DNA from: a bacterium
GTDB taxonomy: Bacteria > UBA8248
Direction of reading: 5' to 3'
Assembly (NCBI GenBank): GCA_022828125.1
Contig: JAJEJD010000012.1
Coordinates: 1,309-65,308, forward strand
Length of the DNA: 64,000 nt
Both the position numbers and the translations under genes were made by a program. Below the pieces are notes generated by a model that saw only the letters and a program-made list of their open reading frames with translations, searched no databases and was not told where the DNA came from. Of the stretch, positions 30,188 through 38,904 are shown piece after piece; the stretch's first letter is position 1, and each line of letters begins with the position of its first letter.

Positions 30188-31681
30188 CTAGCGCGGCATG
30201 AGGTTCCTGATCTGCGCTTCGAGCGGCTCCGTTGTGAGCTTCTTGAAGCCTAAGTGGCGGGAGAGGGAATCGCCGTCGTGGCGCTGGCCGTCGCGCCAGA
30301 TTTCCGCCAGGAATCCGCCGCTCTTTTGGTTGGCCCACCACCTCCTGCCGAATTTCGTTTTGAGCACTTCCGACATCTGGGCCTGGAGCATCCACGCCCT
30401 CAGGTAATTCGCGCAGTAGAAAAACGGGTCCACGTCGTCGAGATAGGAGACTTGCGGGTATTCCACACCCGTCGCCATGCTCAGCTTCTCCCGGTACGCG
30501 GCGTCCTTGCCCCCGAGTTCCGCGCCCCGGTGAAGCGTGAGTTCATAGTCGATCTTCGCCGCATAGCGCCTGAGCATGTAGAGTTCGAAAAGCGCATGGT
30601 GCGCCAGAAACGCCACATAGTCCGACGCCTCCCCGCCCAGGGCGTCTTCCAACCAGAGCGGTTCAAACAACAGGTGATCGAAGAGCATGGCGAAGCCCTC
30701 CGTCACGGAGTTGTCCCCCAGGCGCTTCCACTCGAAAGGCGCGTCCGCCGCCACGCCTGCGAAATGGAGCGCGTGGCCGAGTTCGTGCCAGAACGCGCGG
30801 TAATCGTCATAACCGCCCCGGGGCCTGATGACGAGATAGACCTCATCCGGCACGCGCAAGGAGGCGCAAAACGCGCGGGGGCTCTTCAAGGGGCGATCCT
30901 CGATGTCGAGGCGCACCCTGCCCTCCGCCTGAAGATCAAGGCCCATCGAGGCGCAAACCTCCCGCGCCGAGGTTTCGATCTTCTCCGCCGGGAAAAGAGC
31001 GTCGTATTCGGCGCCCCGAAAACAGTACTGCGCGTCGTGTCGCTGCGCGGACGCCGGGGGAACCCCCGCCCGGCTCAGTTCCTCTGCCATCGCCTCGGCG
31101 TAAAGCGCTTCGGTGCGTCCAAGAAAGCGCTGCATCTCTTCGCGAACAGGCTCAAGCGGGTAGCGCTTCACCGCCGCCATCATCCCCAGGTAGCCCTCGA
31201 AACCCAAATCATCGGCCATCCCGTGGGTCGTGCGATGAATCTGCTCCAGAAATTCGTTCTTATCCACCAAGGCCTCACAGCGGGCGTTTTCCAGAAAACG
31301 CCGCTTCTCACGGTCCGGCTCGTTCAGGAGCGCGACGGCGCTTTGCCGGTAGGGGATGGATTCGCCCTCGGAAGTTTTCACGGTGGTTTTGGTTTCGAAT
31401 AAAAGCGCCTGCTCGCTCAATTCCCTCGTCGCGTCGCGTATGTGGGCCAGCGTCAAAAAGCCGCGCAACTCGGCCAATCGCAAGCGCTCGGCCTCGTCTT
31501 CTTCGGAACCTGCGAGAGACGCGAGCGCCTCGACGTTCTCGCGCGTGAAGAGGTCGGCGTATTCGGCGAAAATCTCGCTGATGCGCACGTCTTCCTTGAG
31601 ACCGGCGCCAACCTCGTACCACTCTTTTCGCGACTCGCCGAGGAAAGCCTCGGCGCGGGTTCGGATGTCCGCCAGGCGCAT
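30188..31681 (-). CDS. Zinc metallopeptidase, M3-family oligoendopeptidase-like (HExxH)
   Basis: 497 aa with WHELGHALH zinc-binding motif and a downstream Glu. M3 versus M32 not resolvable by eye. Confidence 0.55.
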   Translation of the reverse strand: MRLADIRTRAEAFLGESRKEWYEVGAGLKEDVRISEIFAEYADLFTRENVEALASLAGSEEDEAERLRLAELRGFLTLAHIRDATRELSEQALLFETKTTVKTSEGESIPYRQSAVALLNEPDREKRRFLENARCEALVDKNEFLEQIHRTTHGMADDLGFEGYLGMMAAVKRYPLEPVREEMQRFLGRTEALYAEAMAEELSRAGVPPASAQRHDAQYCFRGAEYDALFPAEKIETSAREVCASMGLDLQAEGRVRLDIEDRPLKSPRAFCASLRVPDEVYLVIRPRGGYDDYRAFWHELGHALHFAGVAADAPFEWKRLGDNSVTEGFAMLFDHLLFEPLWLEDALGGEASDYVAFLAHHALFELYMLRRYAAKIDYELTLHRGAELGGKDAAYREKLSMATGVEYPQVSYLDDVDPFFYCANYLRAWMLQAQMSEVLKTKFGRRWWANQKSGGFLAEIWRDGQRHDGDSLSRHLGFKKLTTEPLEAQIRNLMPR

Positions 31682-31686
31682 GGGAT

Positions 31687-32916
31687 TTATATGACCGGCC
31701 GGGTGAACCCGCGCGGCAGGACGATGATGCCGGAAGGGTCGGAGACGGCGCCGGGGAAGGATTCCGCCTCCTCTATCACCACCGAAGCGCCCGCTCCTAT
31801 CTGGTTGAACCTGTCGACGATCGCTTTTTCAAGCTTCGCGCCGGCTCCGATGCGGGTGTGATCCATGACGATGGAATCGGTGATCTCCGCTCCTTTTTCG
31901 ATGACCACGCCGCGACCGATGACGGAGCGCTCGATTCGCGCCCCCACAATCTGGCATCCCTCTCCAATCAGGGCGTCTTCCACCTGCGTGGATACGATGC
32001 GGCTGCCCGGCCCCGGATAGGCGCTGGTGTGAATCGGCCAGTCGGGGTTGCTCAAATCAAGGAGCGGCGTCTCCCCCAAAAGGTCCATCTGCGTCTCCCA
32101 GTAGCTTTTGATGGTGCCCACGTCGCGCCAGTAGCCCCTCTCTTCGGTGGGCTTTAACCCCGGGATATCGTTTTTCATGAAATCGTAGGCGTAGAGTTTT
32201 TTCCGCTCGCCGAGAAGGGCGGGTATAATCGTTCGCCCGAAGTCGTGCTCCCCCTCGCGCGCCGCATCGCTGATGAGGGCATCCATCAGAACCTGGGAGG
32301 AAAACACGTAGTTTCCCATGGAGCACAGAGCGCGCGAGGGATCGCCCGGCATGGGCCGCGGGTGGAGAGGCTTTTCGTCAAAACGCTCCACCCGTCCCTC
32401 CTCGTCCACGGCCAATACACCGAATTCCCGGGCGTCTTCGACCGGCGCGGGCAGGGCCGATATTGTCGCGTCCGCCCCGCTTTCGAGGTGAAAGCGGACC
32501 ATCTGGCTCACGTCCATGCGGTAAATGTGGTCCGCCCCGAACACCAGCACGATGTCGGGCGCATTGTCGGTCACCAGGTTTCTGTTCTGATGGATGGAAT
32601 CCGCCGTGCCCTTGAACCAGAACTCACCTGCGCGCTGCTGGGGCGGAACGGCCGTCACGAAATTCTTGCCGAGCGTTCCGCTGATGTTCCACGAGCGCCG
32701 CAAATGCTCGATGAGCGATTGTGCGAGGTACTGCACCAGTACGTAGATGGACTGATAGCCTGAGTTCACCAGGTTGCTCAGCACGAAGTCGATGATGCGG
32801 TATTTCGAACCGAACGGCACGGCAGGCTTGCCGCGCGCGACCGTGAGGGGGCGGAGCCTGTTTCCGGCGCCGCCCGCCATGACGAAGGATATGACTCTGG
32901 GATCGCGCGAATCCAA
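31687..32916 (-). CDS. glgC: Glucose-1-phosphate adenylyltransferase
   Basis: GlgC motifs (VISFVMAGGAGNRLRPLT, PAVPFGSKYRIIDF, left-handed beta-helix C-terminus). The ORF is open to 33051. The start is proposed at TTG 32916, which has an AGGAG RBS 6 nt upstream and gives a typical N-terminus without overlapping glgA. Confidence 0.85.
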   Translation of the reverse strand: MDSRDPRVISFVMAGGAGNRLRPLTVARGKPAVPFGSKYRIIDFVLSNLVNSGYQSIYVLVQYLAQSLIEHLRRSWNISGTLGKNFVTAVPPQQRAGEFWFKGTADSIHQNRNLVTDNAPDIVLVFGADHIYRMDVSQMVRFHLESGADATISALPAPVEDAREFGVLAVDEEGRVERFDEKPLHPRPMPGDPSRALCSMGNYVFSSQVLMDALISDAAREGEHDFGRTIIPALLGERKKLYAYDFMKNDIPGLKPTEERGYWRDVGTIKSYWETQMDLLGETPLLDLSNPDWPIHTSAYPGPGSRIVSTQVEDALIGEGCQIVGARIERSVIGRGVVIEKGAEITDSIVMDHTRIGAGAKLEKAIVDRFNQIGAGASVVIEEAESFPGAVSDPSGIIVLPRGFTRPVI

Positions 32917-32942
32917 TATCCGGCTCCTCTGTTCGATTCGTC

Positions 32943-34403
32943 TCAACGCGGCTGCGGGCGCATCGCCCTTTCGTACAAATCGACGTAGCGGGGAGCGACG
33001 CCGTCCCAACCGGAGTCCTTCTCCATCGCGTTGCACATCATCATACGCCAAAGGCCCCGATCCAAAAACACCCGGCGAATCCTCTCCATCCCGGCGAGGA
33101 AATCGGCAGGGGCGAACGCGTCGAAATGGAAGCCGGTGTCGACGTTCGGGTCGGGCGCGGGCGATGAGAAAACGGAATCCGCGAGTCCGCCGACCCGCCG
33201 CACGTAAGGCAGGGCGCCGTAGCGCATGGCGTACAGCTGGTTCAGGCCCGAAGGCTCATACCGCGAAGGCATGAGCAGGACGTCGCCGCCTGCGTACATG
33301 CGGTGGGAGAGCGCCTCGTCATAGGCGGACACGAATGCCACCCGGCCCGGATGGGCTGCGGCGGCCTCGGCGAGGCCTTCCTCCAACGCCTCCTCGCCGG
33401 TTCCCAGGACGGCCAGGCTTACGCCCAGGTCCATCAATTCATCCATGTTGTCGATAATCAGATCGATTCCCTTCTGATGCGCCAGCCGCGAGACGACGAC
33501 GCACAACGGCCCCTCCGCGTCCGAATCCAGGCCCAACTCAGCCTTTAGCGCAGACTTGCACTTCGCCTTGCCCTCCGGGCGCGCGAGCGAGAACGGCGCC
33601 GGAATGTGGGGGTCGGTCTCCGGGTTCCAGACCGCATCGTCGATGCCGTTCATGATGCCGAACAAAGAAGACGACCTGAGAGCGACCACGCCTTCCAGCC
33701 CCTCTCCCTGCTCTTCCGTCTGCATCTCCTGCGCATAGCGCTCGCTCACGGTGGAGACGGCGTCGCTGAACAAAATACCGCCCTTCATGAAGTTCAAGTC
33801 GCCGTAGAACTCCAGGCCGTCAACGCCCATCATTTCATCGGGCAGGCGCGTGTGCGTGAAATCATCCGGGTGGAAGCGGCCCTGGTACGCCAGGTTGTGA
33901 ACCGTGAAGACGGTGGAGACCCCACGCCATTTCGCATCGTCGGCGCAGCGGTATTTCAGCAAGGGCGGCACCAGGGCGCTTTGCCAGTCGTGGCAATGGA
34001 TGATGAACGGATACGCTCCCTCCTGTTCCATGTGGGAGAGCGCGCCTCTGGCGAAACGGGCGAAGCGCTCCGCGTTGTCGGGAAACGCCCCGCGCGCGTC
34101 TCCGTAGAATCCCTCCCTGTCGAACAGATCGTCGGCGGCGACGAGTCTGATCGAAACGCCCCCGTGTTCGAGCGAGAACACCTGGTAGCGCGCTTCGGCA
34201 AAGACGTCTGCCACCTGCGCGGGAGAACCGGGATCATGCTCATTGAGAACAGCGCGGTACGCGGGCAGATAGACGCAAACCCGGTGGCCCATCCTCGCCA
34301 GGGCCGCCGGCAGCGCGCCGACGACGTCGCCCAGTCCGCCCGATTTTGCGAAGGGGAACATCTCGCTCGCCACCATGGTGATTTCGATTGGTTTGTCCGT
34401 CAT
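32943..34403 (-). CDS. glgA: Glycogen synthase (ADP-glucose type, GT5)
   Basis: MVASEMFPFAKSGGLGDV, the canonical KxGGL ADP-glucose site. GT-B fold. The ORF's first ATG is at 34469; a start at 34403 (MTDKPIEIT...) is more consistent with GlgA N-termini. Confidence 0.85.
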   Translation of the reverse strand: MTDKPIEITMVASEMFPFAKSGGLGDVVGALPAALARMGHRVCVYLPAYRAVLNEHDPGSPAQVADVFAEARYQVFSLEHGGVSIRLVAADDLFDREGFYGDARGAFPDNAERFARFARGALSHMEQEGAYPFIIHCHDWQSALVPPLLKYRCADDAKWRGVSTVFTVHNLAYQGRFHPDDFTHTRLPDEMMGVDGLEFYGDLNFMKGGILFSDAVSTVSERYAQEMQTEEQGEGLEGVVALRSSSLFGIMNGIDDAVWNPETDPHIPAPFSLARPEGKAKCKSALKAELGLDSDAEGPLCVVVSRLAHQKGIDLIIDNMDELMDLGVSLAVLGTGEEALEEGLAEAAAAHPGRVAFVSAYDEALSHRMYAGGDVLLMPSRYEPSGLNQLYAMRYGALPYVRRVGGLADSVFSSPAPDPNVDTGFHFDAFAPADFLAGMERIRRVFLDRGLWRMMMCNAMEKDSGWDGVAPRYVDLYERAMRPQPR

Positions 34404-34545
34404 GCCGCCTGTTCCAAGGTTGATGGGTTCCTCGCCCTGCCGTCTCATGCCCTCGACAATCCGATGCATTCGGCAATCTATACATGAATCATATCCTGTA
34501 TGTTACAATCGAATGAAGGGTTCATGAAAAAGGCGTGGAGGTTCC

Positions 34546-34953
34546 ATGCGGTATCTGGTGCGCGGAAAAGTCATCGAGGGCAAAAGCGCCGCCCTGCTCG
34601 AAGCCATCGAATCGGGCGAACTCGGGCGAGGCTCCATCGCGCACAGAACTTTCCTGAAATGCATGAAAGAGGCGAGGCTCACCAGGGAGGGCCAGGTTCG
34701 CTGGCTCGAGGTCTGCTACTGCCGCGAGGCGTTTGGACCGGGTTATGAGTTGTATGAGGAACTACCCTACTGGGAGGCGTATTTCGAGGAGCTCGACGTG
34801 CGCTTCGCCCGCAAACCCGAAGACTGCGAAGGCTATCCCGTCTGCGGCGATTGCGACTGCACGGAAAAGCTCGAGGCGAAACTGGAAAAACTGGGGGTTC
34901 CCTTCTTCAAGCATCTGAAAGAAACCGTATCTCCCCCCAAAGCCTCAACCTGA
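34546..34953 (+). CDS. Hypothetical small Cys-rich protein
   Basis: 135 aa ORF on the opposite strand between glgA and the acyltransferase gene. Cys pattern CYC...C-x6-CGDCDC. No recognisable family. Preceded by an AT-rich putative promoter (TGTTACAAT). Confidence 0.3.
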   Translation: MRYLVRGKVIEGKSAALLEAIESGELGRGSIAHRTFLKCMKEARLTREGQVRWLEVCYCREAFGPGYELYEELPYWEAYFEELDVRFARKPEDCEGYPVCGDCDCTEKLEAKLEKLGVPFFKHLKETVSPPKAST

Positions 34954-36012
34954 ATCGGCCCACCGCGATCGTCCCTGGCTTTTGGTGAGCTTCCACCTGT
35001 CATGAATCCATAAATACTGCTCCGGTCCTTTCCGGACTAAATTTTCCGTCTCCTCGTTCACCAACTTTGTAAGCCTCTCCATTTCTTTCTTCGCGCTTTT
35101 TGCGTTCATATCGGGCGCAATCGGCTCGCTCAGCAAGATTTCATAGCGCCGGGCGTCGCCTTTCCTGAGGCACGAGATGAGAACGAGGGGCCGGTTGTAC
35201 AAAACAGCGAGTGCTGCGGGAGCGGGCGTCGTCCTGGCGGGCCTGCCGAAAAACGGCGCGTCAATCCCCTCGCCTCCCGCGTTCTGATCCGCCAGAATCG
35301 CCACCGAGCGGCCCTTGCGCAGCGCCTCGCGCAGGTGGAAGAAGGCGTTTTTCTTCGAAAGAATCTCCTGCCCCGACGAAGCGCGCATTTCATACAGCGT
35401 GGCTTCGAGCTTTCGGTTGTCCAGGGGACGCACGGGGACGGTGAGCGGAATCCCGGCCAGCGCGCCGGCATGGGCGAGGAATTCCCAGTTCCCCAGATGC
35501 GGCACGACGAACACGCAGCCGCCCGCATCTTCGTGAATCGCGCGCACCTTATCTATCGTCTCCTCCGCCTCGTCCACGATCTCGCGCACCGTTTTCTCCG
35601 CGCGTCGCAAGTCGAAACGGGTGAGAAACTTCGCTCCCTCCAGACAGGTGAGGATGAATGAGCGGCAGCTGCGCCTCGCAAGATTCAGGCGCTGCGCCTC
35701 GTCGAGTTCGGGGAACGCGATGCGCAGGTTGGCGCGCGCGATGCGCCTTCTCCTGGGAGCAAACCGGAAAATCGCCTCTCCCGCGGCGGCGGCAACCGCG
35801 CGGCAGACACCGTAGGGAAGCAGTCGGATCAGCCTCAGAAACGAAACGATCACGGCGTATTCCACCCATTGGTGAAACGCGCCTTTGTCCTTGCTGCGCT
35901 TTCTCCCGGGACGCTCCGCGGATTTGCTCACTGCGCGGCGACGATGGTCGCGGAGGATTGCCCGCCGATGCCGTGACTCAGGGACAGGAACGCGCTCCCC
36001 GAGACGGCGCAT
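34945..36012 (-). CDS. LpxL/HtrB-family lysophospholipid (lipid A-type) acyltransferase. Terminal gene of the FAS/PKS-like operon.
   Basis: LPLAT-family motifs (VPHLGNWEF HxxxxD-type site, ILADQNAG, FFGRPA). The first ATG overlaps the upstream KS by 85 bp, so the true start is probably a downstream non-ATG codon. Confidence 0.7.
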   Translation of the reverse strand: MRRLGERVPVPESRHRRAILRDHRRRAVSKSAERPGRKRSKDKGAFHQWVEYAVIVSFLRLIRLLPYGVCRAVAAAAGEAIFRFAPRRRRIARANLRIAFPELDEAQRLNLARRSCRSFILTCLEGAKFLTRFDLRRAEKTVREIVDEAEETIDKVRAIHEDAGGCVFVVPHLGNWEFLAHAGALAGIPLTVPVRPLDNRKLEATLYEMRASSGQEILSKKNAFFHLREALRKGRSVAILADQNAGGEGIDAPFFGRPARTTPAPAALAVLYNRPLVLISCLRKGDARRYEILLSEPIAPDMNAKSAKKEMERLTKLVNEETENLVRKGPEQYLWIHDRWKLTKSQGRSRWADSG

Positions 36013-37226
36013 TCTTCGGTGGGGATGTGGAGGGCCTCGAAGGCATCGTCTTTTTGCTCAAAGCCCGGCGTGGGCGGAAGGCGGCCCTCTTTGAGAGCGG
36101 ATAACCCCAACACGATCTCGGCCAAATCGCTGGCGGAGCCCATGTGCCCCGTATAGGGTTTCCAGCCGGCAAGCGGTACCGAGTCCTTCGCCATATCGCC
36201 GTATTCCAGCAAGGCGGAGAGTTCGCCCGCGTCTCCTTTGGGCGTCGCGCTCCCGTGGGGAAGAACGAAGGCCAGCTCATCGCTCGTGACGCCCGCCTCG
36301 GCCACCGCCGACTCCACCGAACGGCGCACCGCTCCGGTGGGAACGGGAATATAGCGTTCAGAGGAGTATTCCTGACAATTCGCCGTCCCCAGGACGCGGC
36401 CCAGCGGCTCGGCTCCCCGCGCCCGGGCGGATTCGGCGCTCTCGAGCAACAGGGCGGCGGCGCCCTCTCCGGGGAAGAATCCATCGCGCCTCTTGTCGAA
36501 GGGCCGAAATGACGCCGCCCCCTCTCTCGCCCGGGAGAGAATACCCAGCCCGTCGAGTTCCAGGAGCACCATGGGATGCGCCCAGCTCCCGCAGCCCACG
36601 ACCAGGCCGACGTCGGCCTCGTCGAAGCGAAGCACGCGATCGCAATTCTCGATCGCCTGCGCGCCGCAGGAAGACAGGCTGGAAAAACTGCCGTTCGGCC
36701 CCATGAACTCGTACATGCCCGACAGGTAGCTGAAAAGGTTGTTGGGCAGGCCCTCAAGCAGGAAAAACGGGCTTACCTTGTGGAGCGCCGCTTCGTTGAG
36801 GGAGGCGGGTTCGGGCGCGTCCCACGCATCGCCGGCCGTTTGTTTGAGCGCGGCATAAAAATCCACATAGCCCACCCTCGTGAAATCGCCCGAACCGACG
36901 TAGAGGGCTTTTCTCTCGGGCGCCACCTCTCCCGTGTCGAGACCAGAGCACGCCACCGCCTCGGCGGCGGCGTAAAGCCCCAGGATGGAGCTTCTGTTCA
37001 GGAATTTCCGTTGGCTCGCGAGTTTGGGCGGCACCTCGGGCGGGTCTTCATGGCCGGGGACTGCGCCATGGTAGGCGAAATTATCCGGAAGAGAGCCGTT
37101 ATCCTCGCTTGGATGATGGGCGATCCCGCATTTTCCGGCGCACAGCGACTCCCAGTTCTCCCCGGCATTCCCGCCTATGGAAGTCAGCAACCCCGCGCCC
37201 GTAATCCAGACTTCCTTGCCTCGCAT
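35928..37226 (-). CDS. Beta-ketoacyl-ACP synthase family protein (KS, active-site Cys present)
   Basis: 432 aa. SSLSSCGAQA active-site Cys region. HGSAT and TGHMGSASD His motifs. Thiolase fold. Confidence 0.75.
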   Translation of the reverse strand: MRGKEVWITGAGLLTSIGGNAGENWESLCAGKCGIAHHPSEDNGSLPDNFAYHGAVPGHEDPPEVPPKLASQRKFLNRSSILGLYAAAEAVACSGLDTGEVAPERKALYVGSGDFTRVGYVDFYAALKQTAGDAWDAPEPASLNEAALHKVSPFFLLEGLPNNLFSYLSGMYEFMGPNGSFSSLSSCGAQAIENCDRVLRFDEADVGLVVGCGSWAHPMVLLELDGLGILSRAREGAASFRPFDKRRDGFFPGEGAAALLLESAESARARGAEPLGRVLGTANCQEYSSERYIPVPTGAVRRSVESAVAEAGVTSDELAFVLPHGSATPKGDAGELSALLEYGDMAKDSVPLAGWKPYTGHMGSASDLAEIVLGLSALKEGRLPPTPGFEQKDDAFEALHIPTEECAVSGSAFLSLSHGIGGQSSATIVAAQ

Positions 37227-37229
37227 CGC

Positions 37230-37691
37230 TCATCCCGCCTGGCTCAACTGAATTTCGCGGTTCAGCACACGAAAATGATGACGCTGCTCCTCGGGATCCT
37301 CATAATCCGCGAGCGGCGCCACCCTTGCGCCAAATTCGGCGACCACCCGGCGTTCTCCCTCCACGGTGGCAACGCCCCTGAAGTTCTTGAGACCTTCTTC
37401 CTCTCCCCGCGCCTCCACGTTCAGGAGGACCTGATCCCCCGGAAAGGCGAATCCATAGTACCTGACGCTTCGAACCTTTTCCAAAAGAATCCACCGGGTG
37501 AAATCGGATTCCGCCGCTTCGAGCCAGCCTGCCAGCTGCACCAGGCCTTCGAATATCAGCGCGCCCGGCATGACGGGAAACCGGGGAAAGTGAAACTCGA
37601 GAAAATCCTCGCTCATCGTAATGTTCTTCACCCCTTCGATGGAGGCCCCCGCCTCCCACGCCGTTACCCTGTCCACAAGCATATATCTCAA
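37230..37691 (-). CDS. FabA/FabZ-like 3-hydroxyacyl-ACP dehydratase (hotdog)
   Basis: 153 aa. FPRFPVMPGALIFEGLVQLAGW matches the FabZ HxxxGxxxxP-type region (His replaced in context). ApeP/ApeI-like. Confidence 0.65.
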   Translation of the reverse strand: MRYMLVDRVTAWEAGASIEGVKNITMSEDFLEFHFPRFPVMPGALIFEGLVQLAGWLEAAESDFTRWILLEKVRSVRYYGFAFPGDQVLLNVEARGEEEGLKNFRGVATVEGERRVVAEFGARVAPLADYEDPEEQRHHFRVLNREIQLSQAG

Positions 37692-37700
37692 AACAAACTC

Positions 37701-38117
37701 CTAGCCGGCTTCTTCCGGCGCGTCTTCGCCCAGGAGAATCACCTGTGCCACCGCCAACTCCAGTGTATGGCTCATCGAAATCGTTAGCTGATTGATCTTC
37801 TTTCGTGCGCTCATGCGCTCCATCGAACCGCTGAGCTTGAGGCTGGGCTTTCCCGATGCCGCCGATTCCACTTCGATCTCGCGCAGCCGGCCCCTGCCGC
37901 CCAACCCTCCCGGTTCGGATATCCCGAGGCCGAAGGCCTTGAGACAGGCCTCTTTCGCCGCGAAGCGGGCCGCGAAATGTGGATAGGGGTTCCGGCGCTT
38001 CAGGCAATACGCCCGCTCGGCTTCGGTGAACACGTCTTCGCCGAACGCCTCGTGGCGCTCATAGGCTTCCTTCAAACGCGCCACCTCCACCAAATCCACT
38101 CCCTGGTACAGACGCAT
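37701..38117 (-). CDS. acpS: Holo-ACP synthase (4-phosphopantetheinyl transferase, AcpS type)
   Basis: 138 aa from the internal ATG: MRLYQGVDLVEV...RFAAKEACLKAFG...ISMSHTLELAVAQVIL. The listed 398-aa ORF is a spurious upstream extension running out of frame across fabG. Confidence 0.75.
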   Translation of the reverse strand: MRLYQGVDLVEVARLKEAYERHEAFGEDVFTEAERAYCLKRRNPYPHFAARFAAKEACLKAFGLGISEPGGLGGRGRLREIEVESAASGKPSLKLSGSMERMSARKKINQLTISMSHTLELAVAQVILLGEDAPEEAG

Positions 38118-38134
38118 CCTGAAATTCCCCCGCT

Positions 38135-38887
38135 CTAGCCGGTGAGCAGGCCGCCGTCCACGGCAATCGCCTGGCCGTTGATGTAATCCGACTCCGCCGA
38201 AGCCAGGAAGACCACGAGCCTGGCCACGTCCTCGGGCTCGCCGAAGCGGCCCGCCGGTATGCGCTGCATAATCAAGTCTCCGCCCTTCTCGCGCACGCGC
38301 TCGCTCATGTCGGTGACGATCATGCCCGGCAAGATGGTGTTGAACTGGATGCCCCTTTTTCCCATCTCGGCGGCGCAGGCGCGCATGAAAGCGATGATGC
38401 CCGCCTTGGCGGAGGCGTAGTTCGTCTGTCCGGCCCCGCCCGAAACCCCCATGACGGAGGAGATGCTGATCACCTTGCCGGATCGCTTCCTGAGCATGAT
38501 CTCGCCGGCCGCCTTCGTGCAGTGGTAAGCGCCGTCCAGGCTCACGCCGAGCACCTTCCGCCAGCCGTCGGGCTTCATGGTGAGCAGCAAGGTGTCGTGA
38601 ATCACGCCCGCGTTGTTCACCAGGATGTCGAGCGTGCCGAAATCTTCCTTTACCCGCTCGAACATCGCCGTCACGTCCTCGAAAGAGGACACGTCGGCCT
38701 GGTAGGCGCGCGCCTGCCCGCCGGCCGATTCTATCTCCCCCCTCACCTCCTCGGCGGCCTCCGCCGAGCGGCTGTAGTTGATGGCCACCGAAGCACCGGC
38801 CTCGGCCAGGGCCGTGCAGCAGGCGCGCCCGATACCCCGCCCGCCTCCGGTCACCAGCGCGATTTTCCCGCTCAAATCGATCTTCAT
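38135..38887 (-). CDS. fabG: 3-oxoacyl-ACP reductase
   Basis: 250 aa. TGGGRGIG Rossmann motif. NNAG. S...YxxxK catalytic triad (YASAKAG). Confidence 0.85.
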   Translation of the reverse strand: MKIDLSGKIALVTGGGRGIGRACCTALAEAGASVAINYSRSAEAAEEVRGEIESAGGQARAYQADVSSFEDVTAMFERVKEDFGTLDILVNNAGVIHDTLLLTMKPDGWRKVLGVSLDGAYHCTKAAGEIMLRKRSGKVISISSVMGVSGGAGQTNYASAKAGIIAFMRACAAEMGKRGIQFNTILPGMIVTDMSERVREKGGDLIMQRIPAGRFGEPEDVARLVVFLASAESDYINGQAIAVDGGLLTG

Positions 38888-38904
38888 TGCGAATCACCTC
38901 TCAT

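Noticed and set aside
37701-38897. 398-aa minus-strand ORF spanning fabG
   Set aside because: Only the last 138 aa (AcpS, 37701-38117) carry a real domain. The N-terminal 260 aa are an out-of-frame read across fabG.
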